A stretch of DNA of 64,000 nt from the human T2T-CHM13v2.0 reference genome, Homo sapiens. The DNA is taken from assembly GCF_009914755.1 (NCBI RefSeq), contig NC_060926.1; one strand, given 5' to 3'. The notes below the pieces were generated by a model. The model did no database searches and was not told the origin of the DNA. It was given only the letters and a program-made list of their open reading frames with translations. This document shows positions 14,157 through 29,053 of the stretch, piece after piece. Position numbers and translations under genes: made by a program. How positions within the stretch are numbered: position 1 is the stretch's first letter; each line of letters opens with the position of its first letter.

Positions 14157-17100
14157 CTAAATTTTAAACAAGTATGGAAATCCATATGACTTTGATTCGG
14201 TATTTCAGAATAGCTTCAGATGCCCAAAGTGAAAAAGATGAGTTATTTGTTGGGTCGCACAATGCATTTTACCAAATCAACAAGAAGTTTCAGGTGAAGT
14301 TTTAAGAATCAAAACCTCAAATGATTTAAAAGTAAAAAAGAACAAAAAATAAAAAACCAAAAATTAAAATCAAGAGTTAATACAAGAATCTGGTTTTCAG
14401 GAAATCATAAAATTGCTCATTTACCGTCTTTTTTACAGTGCTAGGAAATAAAACACCTTGATTTTTTTCTCAAATATGCTACTCAGGTACTGAAGGAAGG
14501 GGAGGGAAAACTCTTTTCCCCCCCCTGAAATTAGCCTGTAGGTATAATAATTTAATACTTAGAGGATCAGTAGAATATTTTACAGATCACTTTACATTCT
14601 CCCTCATGACCCATCAAAATATGTGTCTGAAGAAGTTAATTTTTTGCCCTGCTTATGATTAATTCATGCGGCTTCAACAATATGCAAAGTGAAAGACACA
14701 AATTGGCTTCTACCTCAATACCTTCAAATACCTCTAATTATTCACAAGGGAGATGGCACAGCTAAAGGACCCATGAAGGTTCAGAGCAGTCACAATTCTT
14801 TCAACCTAGCAGGTCAAGGACTGCGTCTTCTATAACAATAAGTCAGCAACATTATTAATTCAGGCTAGAGACAAATCTGATGGAAAGCCTTCCAGTTATT
14901 AAACATGCAATTCTTTAAGGTGTTGTGCCAACAAGTTCCACATTCATTTTTCAAATTAAACCAGAAGTTAATACAGTCTGCTTGGCTTTTACAGAAAGAG
15001 CAAAAGGGCCTTCAGAATCTCCACAAGAAAACAGACAAGATTATTCGTAATGCATACTGAGCACTCAATTAACATACTCTCTAAAAACAGACAAGTAAAA
15101 CTCTCCAAGTCAAATAAATAGCATAATAAGAAAGGGTGCCAAGGATTACCACTCGTCTCTTAGTTTACAACTCTCATCTCATCATTAGACTTTATCACAA
15201 AATAATGAAATTAATGAGATTAGCATGCCATTTCATTAAAAATGTTTTTGCTGTTTTCAAGAATATCCAATTTAATGTTTGTTAATCATAAGCTACCCAT
15301 GCTCATTACAGAAAATAAACAAGTGTCAAAAGAAGAAAATAAAGCCACCCATAGTCACAGATCCTCATTCCAGTCCTCTACTATATCTTCAAGATTAAAT
15401 TTAATCTGAGTAGATGAAAATCAGACTGCAACCTCGCATGACAAGGAGCCTGTGGGGGATACAGCACAGAGAAACTGGAGGAGCTGTAAAAAGATGCACC
15501 CTGTGCAAACAGTAAGTTAAGGTACAGTTAAATTTTACAAGAAAGTGGCATCTAAAAGAATGGGTAAAAGACTCCTCCACACTTGGAATCAGTGGGAAAA
15601 AGAAAATCAAGAAAGAGAGCTTCAAAAACTTCAATATTCAAAGATATTTGGAAATCTATCCCTTATAGAAAAAGCTCCTGGGGTTTCCTTTTTTGAAGGA
15701 AAGCATGCCCAGAGGTAGACGTATATAATTTGCAAGTGATTCTAATCAACCTTCTAATGAAGAATGAGCAAAAGACACCCTGTTCTTAATAATCACAGAG
15801 CAAGGTTTTATCTGTGATGTGCTATTTACATACAGAACTTTACACAGTGCTTTGCCCACACAGCACTTCGCTCAGTCCACGCTAACTGTAATTACAATTT
15901 TCACTTACTGCAGTTGACATTTATCTGAACCCCTTTTGAGAAACTAATATGTTGTGTGGCTCTTCAGCAATAGTAGGTTCAGAGAAGCTGCTGGAAAGCA
16001 AGGAGTTCTGTTTTGACACATAGGTTCTTTTGGATCCAGTTAACTGAAACATCAATCCATTATTTACATAAGGCATTTATGCTAGCTCTCAAAATGAGAG
16101 TCTGCAGTGTAAAGATTTTATTTTCAGATGACTGCACTTGTTTTCAGGAAATCTAGGTAAACAAATGGGTTAAACTATAATACTTCAGGCTGATTTAAAA
16201 AATTTTTCACCCTTAACAAATTGGAAAACACACAAATTAAAATTTACTCCAAACATTCAAAAGTAAAACATTAAATGGGTTTTAAATTTTAGTAATGTGG
16301 TCCTTAAGAAGAAGTAGAATATAATGTTTTCTTACATCTGTAAGACTCTGTGGAAAATGTTTCAGAGAATGATTTCAGGGACTTATGCTGCAAATTTATT
16401 TGCCAATTTATGTGAAAACCAATTATAAATGATTTTTAAGGTTTCTACATCATCACTTTCCACCATTATCCCTTAAATTCCTGCTTCCCAAATACTATTT
16501 AAAATGGCTCCTTTAAAACTGGCTGGGGATGAACCCTCAGGAAGTCTACCTTGTGCTGGTCCCCCAGGGCACCTGATTTTAAATTAAATGTGCTGCAGGC
16601 GGCAGTGCAGTCAGGTGCAGAGTGCCTTGGCATGGGAATCTGAAATGAATGTGCAATCTAAAATCCAATAAATACACTGCCACTTCATCCCTTCGTCTTA
16701 CTATCAAATGAAACCAAGAACCCTCCAAATACATTTGTAGGATCCTTTTAATACTGATGTTCAAGTTTAATGAAATAAACACAAGCTAGGGCTTTCAAAC
16801 TTTGGATATAAAATTAATCATTTTATAATGCTTCCAGACAGACAGACAAGACACACACACACACACAACTTTAACAGGAACATAATGATAATGACTTTAA
16901 ATGAAAGAATATAAGAACAATCGATTTTAAGTATAAAATCCCAAGAAAAATTAAATGCAATGTATTTAAACTCTTAAACTAATTTATCTCAATAAACTCA
17001 TCTATCAACAAGGATTTACCCATATGTCTGAGTCCCTAGCCTCATGCTAGTCAGCACCAACGTAGTATGAGGCGCAGCCCCTGTTGTCTGGAAAAAGGAG

Positions 17101-18711
17101 CCTGAGACACACGCACTGATTTTGTGGTACAGAAAATCCACAATCTTGGAAGCTGACATGTGACAATAACTGCACACTGTTGACAAAAAAAAATACAGGA
17201 AGGGCGAGGTGTGGCTTCTGTGGCAATCTGAGACCAAAAGGACAAAGTTTCACCCTCTCTCCCGCTCTAGGAGTATAGCCTAGCCTCCCAAATGTCATAA
17301 AATCCTAATCTATAAATCATTCAAAGCTGTGCTCACAGCTGAGTTATATTTCTAAGTTTTCATCACCAACAGACGTCCCAAGTGCTGTGCCTTTTATTTC
17401 ATGACTTGCTTCAAATATTTGTTTTGGATCTGCTGGCAGAGAAGATTTCAAACTACAGTTTGAAGAAAACAACTAGCCAAAAAAAAAAACAACAACAACA
17501 AAAAAAAAAACAAAAAAAACCTCGGTCTTTGATAGACTGGGTACATGCCTGTAATTTCCACCATGGTGTGGGAAGGTAAAACGGGAAACACTCTACAGAG
17601 GTTCACTCTGAGTCCTGCTTCTGGAATCCCCCAGTTTCCTGGGTCCGACACCCACATTACTGAGTAACCAGATTATCACTGTTTCTATGTAAGAGTGAAG
17701 AACGGCCACCATAACATACTGTCGAAGGAAGAAAACACGCATGACCTAAAATATTGCTACCCAGAAAAAGAAAGGGAATGGGACTCACACCTTAAGGAAA
17801 CACAAATCAAACATCATCCCGAAAGAGAAGGGGGAGCCACAGAATCCCACAATATTAGCTGTACAGACAAGATCACCCAAAGGGGCGAGGCGTGAACGAC
17901 AGGGTTCCAGTTGGGGGCAGATGACAGAAGTGACACGCAAAATGAAAACGAACCACGAGGGAGTTCTGGAATTATTACAGGACCTGGCTTGCCGAGAATG
18001 CTTCCCTCAGATAAACAGTTAGAGTTTGGCCGCTGTATCTTGTTTTAAAATGTTTCCAATGAAACACAACTGGCTTTGGAAGAGTTACCCAGCCACAATT
18101 TCTCTCTTAAACCAGACCAGATTCGAAAGACAACAGTAGTAGAATGTAGCAAAATGAAAGAGAGAAAATAACACTTAAAAAAAAAAGCTTACATGTAAAT
18201 TTATTACTTAGGGGAATTAGCCCATAAAACTACAATTGCTGACAAAAAATTATAAGTAACATTTCTAGGTAAAAGTCTCTTCTTGCTTCTACTGATCAAA
18301 TCTTTTTGAAGTACGTATTTTCGTACTGGGTCCACAAGCAAAAACTTCCACTGACGTCAGGTGTAGAATGTTCCACGGGGATCTGCAGTGCAGATAAAAA
18401 GCCAAAGGATGAACTAGAGAATTTCTCCCTGAGAAAAGAAATCTTCAAACACGTTTTTTTCCCCTAATTTCCCCACTTGCAGCCTTTCTTTTCCTTTCAT
18501 GACTACTGCAGAAAAGTCCTAACGATAAATTTGTTACCCTGGCATTATTCCCATGGCAACTGGCTGTGATAGCAGTGACAGCTCTACAGCAAGATCAAGC
18601 AGTGAAAAGGGAGACAGAGATGACTTCGAATTTTTCTCTTAAACCTCTTAAAAATCTAACCAGACACGGCACTGAGGGAGGGAAAATTCCCTAGAAAAAT
18701 CACATATTTCA

Positions 18712-19009
<298 letters not shown>

Positions 19010-19912
19010 TCACATTTCAAGTATCATTTTCACAACTCAATTCTCACTAGAATTTTTTGTTGCTCTCCAGGTACCCTCATCTCCTTCCCCAGGTATAACC
19101 TCAGCTTGTCCCCAAGAGCATAGCAACACCACTCTAGATAACAAAGAGAAAATCGCTCCCTGCAGGGACCCAAATCACCCCGAGCCCAGGGTTGCTGGCT
19201 TGCCGGAGTTCGGAGTTAGGAGTTCGGAGGGCAGTTTGGAGTCCTCACAACACCCTGAAATGAGTGGAGAATCTGGGAAAATAATCTGACTCTGATCCAG
19301 GACCAATAGCCTTAAAGTAAGAGGACAAAAAGAGGGATTTGCTTCTCACCTTTACAGATGGTTCATTACATAAGTCAGTTTGAAATTAATCACAACAAGA
19401 CCAACAACTCAATATTTTAGTAAAGTCAAAACTTGCCAACTGCCTTCTCCAGGACAGTTTCCAAACAAAGCAGTTGTTCCTGAGGGCCTTTTACACACAT
19501 CACTCCGGATGCCTTCATTGTTTTACACAACCTTTATGACAACCTTCTAGAATAGGTTTCATTATTCTGTTTTTACAGAAAACAAAATAGAGTTTCAGAG
19601 AGGATAAGAGGCTTACAGAAAGCAAGCAAAGCACACAGCCTTCATTCTAACCGATTTTCCCCAACTTCATGGGTTTATACTTTAAAAAAAAATTCGTCCT
19701 TTAATTACAAGGAATACATGTAAACTGTAGAAAAATTTTTAAATCACCATAAAAGCAATTAGATAATACAGAAAAGAAAGAAGAATATCAATTACTGGCA
19801 ATGCCAGCACCTCAAGAAACCATTTCTATAATTTTGGCGTATGATCTTTTCTCCATATACGCATAAACAATAATCTTACATGTATACTTTAAACATTTTA
19901 AAACAATAATGG

Positions 19913-20236
<324 letters not shown>

Positions 20237-20654
20237 TCACACAGTATGTTCTATTTCTATTCAATAAATCAAGCTCTACATCAGTGCTTCACATACAGGG
20301 AAGGTCAGGGCTAACCCCACCACCCTTCTGAAGACTTAGCACAACCTCACAGCTTGTCCCTGTTGGCTTAGAAACAAGTACCATTGAAATTCAAACTTGA
20401 GAAAGTCTTATTGGTCAAACCGACCCACAGAAAATTCAAGGTCATATTCATTCCCGACGGTGGTATAAGAGTATCCATTTTCCTACACCTTGAACTCCCT
20501 TGGACAATGCCACTTTTTCATGTCTGCTAATCTTATAACAATTGCTGCTGTCCAAGGTCACCCAGACAGTAAAAGACAGAATCAGGTTTTGGACCCAAGC
20601 ACTCTGGCTCTGGACTCTGTTATTTTCATAGAGATGAGCATGCTAATTGTTGTG

Positions 20655-20745
20655 CAGGCTAATCTAGAGCTCCTGGCCTCAGGCGATCCACTAGCCTGGC
20701 ATCCCAAACTGCTAGGATTACAAGCATGAGCCACTGCACCTGGCC
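20655..20745 (-). mobile_element. Alu left-arm fragment
   Basis: ctcctggcctcaggcgatcc...gattacaagcatgagccactgcacctggcc. Confidence 0.8.
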
Positions 20746-20931
20746 CCAGACTACAGTCTTAACACTAGACTCTACTACATAAAACAGTATCTATGTACTC
20801 ATTTCTAATAAGTACTCATTCTCTCCTAATAAGGTGGAGCTATTTTTTATGTGTGAGTTATTTCTTCTATCAATAGAATTTTTCTTTTTCATAGTAATTA
20901 CAAGGGCTCTGTATAAAGTCAGGCTAGTAAC

Positions 20932-21279
<348 letters not shown>

Positions 21280-21284
21280 TAATA

Positions 21285-21780
21285 ACTTTTTATCTGTTGT
21301 ATATGCTGCAGATATTTTTCAAAGTTTATTGTTTCTCCTTTAACTGTGTTTACAGTTTTTAGTTTATAGGTAGTCAAATTTATCACTTCTCCCCCTTTAT
21401 GGCTTCTGTCTTTGAGCTCATGCTTGGAAAACTCTTCTCCTTCCCAAGATTATGAAATTATTGAACTACACTTTCTTTTTAAAAAATTTTTTTACATTAT
21501 AACATTTAACCCATCTACAATTTATTTTGTAATAAAAACAGAGATGAGATACGAGTTTGAATTTTATTTTCCTGAATGCTTTGGCAATGGGCTTGACATA
21601 ATTTTCTGGCTAAATTATTCTTTCCTCACTTATTTGAAATGTCAACTTTATCATCCTGTGAAATATTACCCTTTTTTTCATTTTTGGATTCTCCAGTGTT
21701 TTCCATGGAGCTGTCTGTCAACACCCCCATTAATATCAGTCTGTAATATTCATTATGCTTTATGCTTTAACAACAAGCAG
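21285..21780 (-). mobile_element. Old L1M fragment
   Basis: gcagatatttttc, gtagtcaaatttatca, tttatggcttctg motifs; accounts for ORF 21412-21909. Confidence 0.55.
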
Positions 21781-22184
21781 GGCTACCTTATGGGTGCTAC
21801 ATGCCCCAATCACAAAGGTGCCACCTGCTACAATAATATAATAGCATTTAAAGAAACAAATGCCAAATTTAAAATCATTCTTCAAAATAACAACCTTACA
21901 TATTCATAACATGGAAAGACAAGAATATTCTAGCAAATATTGTAGACATCAACACAGAAATCAAGTCTAAGATTTCACAACATGGTATTTAAGATCCTAT
22001 TTAACTCAGAAGATCTATGTCAGGAATTCATGCTCATCACGTGAATCAATCAGAAGTAAATTCCTGATACAAGTGATTAAAGTAACTCAAAATAATACTT
22101 GTCAAAAAAAAAATTCAGGCTCCCAATGTGCACCTCACTAACCGTGTTTCTTAACAAGTGCATATAAATAATTATGAACAATGT

Positions 22185-22450
<266 letters not shown>

Positions 22451-23112
22451 ATTAAGAAGAAGCATGGCTTGTGACACTGCATCCGTCACCAACCGCAGAG
22501 GTGTGTGAGGGGCACACTGCCTTTAACCACTCAGACCTCCCTGACAATCTCCACTCCCTCTCCTGCCAGATCAGCTTTAGGTGTACATATACGTAGAATA
22601 ACAGTGACATCTAATGGTCACAAAACATGTCACATAACATTTATTTAGAACAAAACCACATGCACATTCTAGGCTGGAAGGCCCAATCAGGTACTTTTCA
22701 GCTGCACACACCAGGTTCCTATTTTAAATTCCATGCCTTGGTGGGCCCTGAGTGATTCGGAAGACTATCAAAAACCACACTGCATGTGATACCAACAATG
22801 CGTTTCATTATTCCTCATTAGTTCTTACTATGTCCATTTCTCTCCAACCATCGGCTCAAGTGACAATGATAAGAGTAAGTAGACGTGGTACTTACAACCC
22901 GTCACTTAAAATGACCCTCAGGAGAATTCTGAGCATACCTTCTGAAAACAGCCATTTGCATTCTGCATATTTGGAGAGCAGACACCTACTGTCCTCAGCC
23001 AAGAGATCGGAATGCACATCATTCTCATCCTCCTCCTCTGAACAGTTACCGGGCAGTGTCAGGGGGACCAAGGACAGCATTTACTTTCCAGTGAGTTATC
23101 CAAATACCATCA

Positions 23113-23256
<144 letters not shown>

Positions 23257-23469
23257 CTAAAAAAAAAAAAGAAAATCTGCATTTTATCAGTACTTACATG
23301 GGTTTGTTTGGTGAGACTTCTCAAAGACACAGAGTTGTAACTCTGAGCACAGCAATAATCTAAGTAGATTCCACTGCCCTGGCCGTAATGAGGGCAGTGA
23401 ACAGAGGCACAGTGAGGTCCTGCCGAGCTCACGCACCACATAAAGCAGTGGGGACAGTTCTGTGGCATG

Positions 23470-23700
23470 GGCGTGAAGTCAGATCAGGATGCAAATCCAG
23501 ACTCCACCAGCACCCAGCTGTGTGTTCTCAACAAGCTACACAACCTCTCTAGGACTCGATTTCCTCATTGGTAGAAAAGGGGAGGAGAGGCCCCTTTCTC
23601 ATCACCTGTGGTAAGGGTGACAGGATGGGGCATATAAACCCTCAGCAGTGCCGGCCGCAGGGTGAGCACTCTCTCTTAGCTGTCACTGTTCTTTTGCTGC
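23470..23700 (+). mobile_element. MIR
   Basis: gcaaatccagactccacc...agctgtgtg...aacctctct...tttcctcatt. Confidence 0.6.
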
Positions 23701-23799
23701 ATCATCATCATCATCTTCTGCCATCCTCACCTGGTCAGCGACAGAGCTGAGCTTCCAGCTCTGGCCAGTCCGACTTCTGAGAGAAGCAAGTATACTTCC

Positions 23800-24220
<421 letters not shown>

Positions 24221-24298
24221 TAAATGAGAGTGCTCTCCAGTGATATTTACAAATCCAGTGAGACTCATAAATACAAGTGAAAATTTAAACTTGCTATT

Positions 24299-24597
24299 GA
24301 CTGGGTGCGGTGGCTCATGCCTGTAATCCCAGCACTTTGGCAGGCCGAGGCAGGCAGATCACAAGGTCAGGAGATCGAGACCATCCTGGCTAACATGGTA
24401 AAACCCCGTCTCTATTAAAAATACAAAAAAATTAGCCGGGAGCGGTGGCAGGTGCCTGTAGTCCCAGCTACTCAGGAGGCTGAGGCAGGAGAATGGCATG
24501 AACCTGGGAGGCAGAGCTTACAGTGAGCTGATATTGCACTACTGCGCTCCAGCCTGGGCGACAGAGCAAGACTCCATTCAAAAAAAAAAAAAAAAAA
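24299..24597 (+). mobile_element. Alu (Y-like)
   Basis: gagatcgagaccatcctggctaac and ggagaatggc diagnostics; poly-A. Confidence 0.95.
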
Positions 24598-24879
24598 GTT
24601 GCTATCTGCCCCTAAATAGCACAAAGAGATAACCACTAGTGGCACACAGCACTACTTGTCAACCAGAACACACCTGTTTAGCAACATATTCTATTTGTAG
24701 AATACAGCTGAGACAGAGAGTCAACAGAAAGGCCTCTCAGCAGCCAAATCAGAAGCCCAAGCCACGCAGGGTTTATGGACCTCATTCACTGAAGAGCACA
24801 GGGGCTTAAAACTCCAGAGCATACAGATTAAAAGAAAAAATACTTTACTCAAAAAATCATTTTAGAATAGGTAATACAG

Positions 24880-25166
24880 TCTGTAATCCCAGCACTTTGG
24901 GAGGCCAAGGCAAGAGGACTGTTTGAGCCCAGGAGTTTGAGACCAGCCTGAGCAAGATAGCAAGACCCGATCTCTACAAAAAAAAAAAGTTTTATTTAAT
25001 TAGCTGGGTGTGGTGGCACACATCTATACTACTAGATACTCAGGAGGCTGAAGCAGGAGGATATCTTGATCCTGGGAGGTAGAGGTTGCAGTGAGCTGTG
25101 TTCATGCCACTGCACTCCAGCCTGAGCAACAGAGTGAGATTGTGTCTCAAAAAACAAAAAACAAAG
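24880..25166 (+). mobile_element. Alu (J-like), 5'-truncated
   Basis: tgagcccaggagtttgagaccagcctg J-type motif. Confidence 0.9.
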
Positions 25167-25319
25167 AATAAGTAATATCTACTCATTATACAAAGTTCTC
25201 CAAGCATATATGAATAGAAAGTGAAAAGTCAGTCTCCTTCCAATCCCCATCCACCAGCTATCTAGTTCTCCAGAGAGGACTGGGACCACTGAGAGGACCT
25301 GTTTCCCACACCCTCCCAA

Positions 25320-26700
25320 CACAGTATATTAGCAAAGCCTTCTGATCCTTGCCAATCTGACAGGTGTGGATTAAGTATAGTCTTAATTTGTATTTTATTA
25401 TGCTTAAAGTTCTGAATATTTTCTATTTTTTAATGGAATTGTAGGCTAATTTTTCCAATAGAATTGTAGAGTCTAGAGCATCTTCACATGCTAAGGAAAT
25501 TCGGCCTTTTCTGTAAGTTAGAAAAATTTCCCCCACTTTTCATTTGTTCCTTGCTTTTCTCAGTGGTTTTTTTTTTTTTTTTTTTTTTTTTTACATAGAA
25601 GGTGTTAAATGAATTTTCGTGGAATAAATAAGTTAGTGAATGAAGTAAAATGTATCAATCTCATATCGTTTCTCAGTTTTCTGTCATATTTAGAAAGCCC
25701 TTCTTCACGCCAAGATTTTTTAAATTCCCTGTTCTCTTCAAATATTTTTAAGAATTTCATTTTTTGAATTTTTCATCGTGGAGAATTTCAAATATACGAT
25801 AGATACAGAATAGTGTAATAACCCCCCTGCCCTGTACCCAGGACCCAACTTGAACAAATTATCAAGTCATGTTCCATCTGTTTCATCTCTATCCTCATCT
25901 ATGGGTTTAATTTTTTAATCCAAGGGGTATTTATTTTGGCATAAAGAAAAATACATGGATTCAACTTAGCTGTTTTTTAGATGTTTATGCAGTTATTCAA
26001 ATACTATTTATTGAGTCCTCCATCTTTTCTTTACAAACTTGAAATGCCATATTTACTATACATTCAATTTCCATATTTGGAAATATTGGGGTCTATTTTG
26101 GAACTTTTAATTCTGTGCCCTTAAACTACCAGTTCATGTGACAGTGCCATACTGTTCTAATTACTATCGTTTTATAACATGTCTTATATGTTAGAGCTAA
26201 TTACTCTCATTTCTCTTTTTCAAAATTCTCCTGATTATTCTTATTTTTTACATACTGATTTTAAAATCAGCTTATTTAGTTTACATATAAACACAAGTAT
26301 TGTATTTTATTGGGGCAGCATTAAATATGTAAATTAAGAGAGAACTGATTTTACGCTGTTGTATCTTCCTATCCAAAATATCCTAAGCATTTCTATTTAA
26401 GTCTTATTTTGGAACTCTCATAGCAGGTTTTGTTTTGTTGTTAAGTTGAAGTACAGTTTCACACAATGAAACGCACAGATCTTGAGAGGAGTTCACTTTA
26501 ATGGGTCTGAAAAATTAATCGCAGAGTTTAGATGCGTATTTTCAAGTGTGTGTGTGGTGAGGGGTGAGGAAGGACAGCAGCATTTTAAGTTTTCTTTTTA
26601 AAGACCTTGCACATTTCTTATAAAGTTTGTTCCAGGATATGACTTCCACACATAAAATGGAAATTAAAGTTTTTATTTCAATCTTAATAGAAATTATTCC
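25320..26700 (-). mobile_element. Old L1M (L1ME-like) fragments
   Basis: T-rich; ttgccaatctga, tactgttctaattactat, gagaactga, tcttcctatcca motifs. Confidence 0.6.
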
Positions 26701-27929
26701 GACTTTATAAACACACCACTGATTACCATCCATAATACACACACACATACACACACACACACACAGAGGAGGCTCGGGTGGGAAGGTATCCAGTCAGTCT
26801 TTTTATTGTGGGAATGGGAAGAAATTTCTGAGGATATGTAGTAACTGCAATTAGGAAAGTCTCTAAGCCCAGAAAATTAGGGAAATGGGGAAAATGCCTT
26901 TTATGAATGAGTTCATTAAGACAAAGGAATTATTTAGAAGTCTCTCCTTTCAGCTGACGAAGGAGATTAAAATTACAGCTGAGTTGGAACACTAACAGGC
27001 CAAGCCAGCAATGCCACAGGCCCCGCAGATGGGGAATAGAAAATGAAAGGACAACAATAACTTGGAAATGAGAAAAATGACTGTGAACTGGATAAGGCAC
27101 AAATGAGGACATGTGGATGAAGTTTCTCTGAAGTTTTAAAACCGTATCTGTGAAAATATATTGAACTCTTCCCTTAGAAAAGTTGAAGCAGAAACTTGCA
27201 GAACCATCCCCAGGGCATCTTAACTAGCATTGTTATGATTTGGATCAAAGTTCATAAAGCCAGATTCCAGAAGCACTCTGAGTGACTTAATTGTTTTGGG
27301 AGTCCTCCCTTAAACAAATACATTGTTCAACTGGAAAAACAAGCCCTAATTTTATAACTAGAACCTGCCAGTGTGAAACATATGTCTTAAATATAAGTAA
27401 CAATTCTAAGATTGTTTTGTCTTCCGATGACAGGATAATTTCCAGATTTTTTAAATGTTATAATACTGATAATTTGAACATGATGAACTATGTCTCCACT
27501 AAGATAAAGGAATAATTTACTACTTACTCCTTTTTGGAAACATGAGCATATGAAAAGCCAAATGATGTAGAACATGCAGCAATGAATGGAGAATGGGGAC
27601 TTGCTTTGCTTTACAACCTTTTTGAAGAGCGTATTGTTTTATTTTAACTTTATTTTATATTTGTATTTGTATTTTAGATGTATATAATACACAAAAATAT
27701 AGAACATTACCTATTCTCTACATTTTAGGAATGAGGTTGAAAACATTGCTGTCCCAGAGGAGAGAAATTGGACGAAGTCCAAATATGGTGGCCACACATT
27801 CTAGTACCAATCAAAAGGGCAGATTCCATACCACAGCCCCAGACACGTGTGAGCATGACATTTTGAGGCATTTCACAATGGATATTGTAAAACTGGCATA
27901 TACAATCCTTGGTATAAAAAATAAAGTTA

Positions 27930-28040
27930 CTAGAAGGAACCAAGCCTACTAAACCCTTGACTTTTGCTCAGTGAAACTGATTTTGGACTTCTGACCTCCA
28001 GAATTGTAGGAGAATAAATGTGTGTTGTTTTAAGCCACAA
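27930..28040 (+). mobile_element. MLT1 LTR 3' fragment
   Basis: ttggacttctgacctccagaattgtaggagaataaatgtgtgttgttttaagccac. Confidence 0.75.
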
Positions 28041-29015
28041 AAATATTTTTTAAATAACATAAATTTTAAAACACAGTTACTAATCAATGGTCAACAGACA
28101 TAGCCTCATGCCATTTTCTTGTGATCTGTGATACGCATTTATCTGAAAGGTGATTGAGTGTATGGAGTACATCTACGACTACAGAAGACAATGAAATAAA
28201 ATAATAAATACTTCATTCAAAAATTGTTATGGAAAAACTCCTATGAGCCAGGCACTGTGCTAGGTATTGGGATATGACAAATAATATCTTATTCTTGAGT
28301 AGTTTATATAATACAGGAAGATTACTGCTTTAATGAGGACTCTATGGAAGGCCAGAGATTAAAGAAAAAAAGATCACTCTGCTCTGTCTGTATGATAAAC
28401 AAATCTTTGACTGTGGCTTCATAAAAACGTTACTCTAAAAAAGTAAAAAAACAGAAATATAAACACACAACAAACCCATAAATAAACAGCTCTCTTTGGG
28501 AAAGGTAAGACAACTTCAGGATTGCAGGCCATGGCCTTGGTGGAGCTAAAAGGTGTGTTCCCAGAGCCACAGTTCTGTGCCTTCTCTTATACACAGCAAG
28601 AATCAAATTAGAACAAGTGAATTATTTGTGTCTGCATCTGGCCCTTTTGTTCTGGTACAGAATTAAGAAAATCAAAGACACTGGATTGCCAGATAATAAG
28701 CAGTTTCTTTTATCTGTAAATTGAATTTACTTTTCCAAGTTTTATGCTTATTTTATGTTAAATATGTGCTTGATAAACAAAATATGGTATACTTTTTTTA
28801 ATTAACACTTTTTTAAAAAGGACCTACTACTAACAGGGAAATAGCTTATTTTTCTTCAATGAAAAAGCTAAGGCAGTAAAAAGGGTACCTACAAAATAAA
28901 AAGCGCTATTATAATGGGAAATATTTTAGATGTACATGTATTCATTCACTTATTCACAAATTCAACCAACATTGATTACTTGCTATGTGCCAGACACTGT
29001 ACCTGTGGAACATAC

Positions 29016-29053
29016 CTTTGATTTATGTGCTTGATGAATAATCTTTAGTGCAT
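29016..29053 (-). CDS. C2orf76: C2orf76 coding exon 3 (38 nt)
   Basis: Acceptor ttttttctttcag|AT, donor AAAG|gtatgt. Encodes (D)ALKIIHQAHKSK in frame. Confidence 0.96.

Noticed and set aside
21412-21909. 165-aa ORF, the longest in the track
   Set aside because: F/I/Y-rich antisense reading of a T-rich L1 remnant with a non-ATG start.
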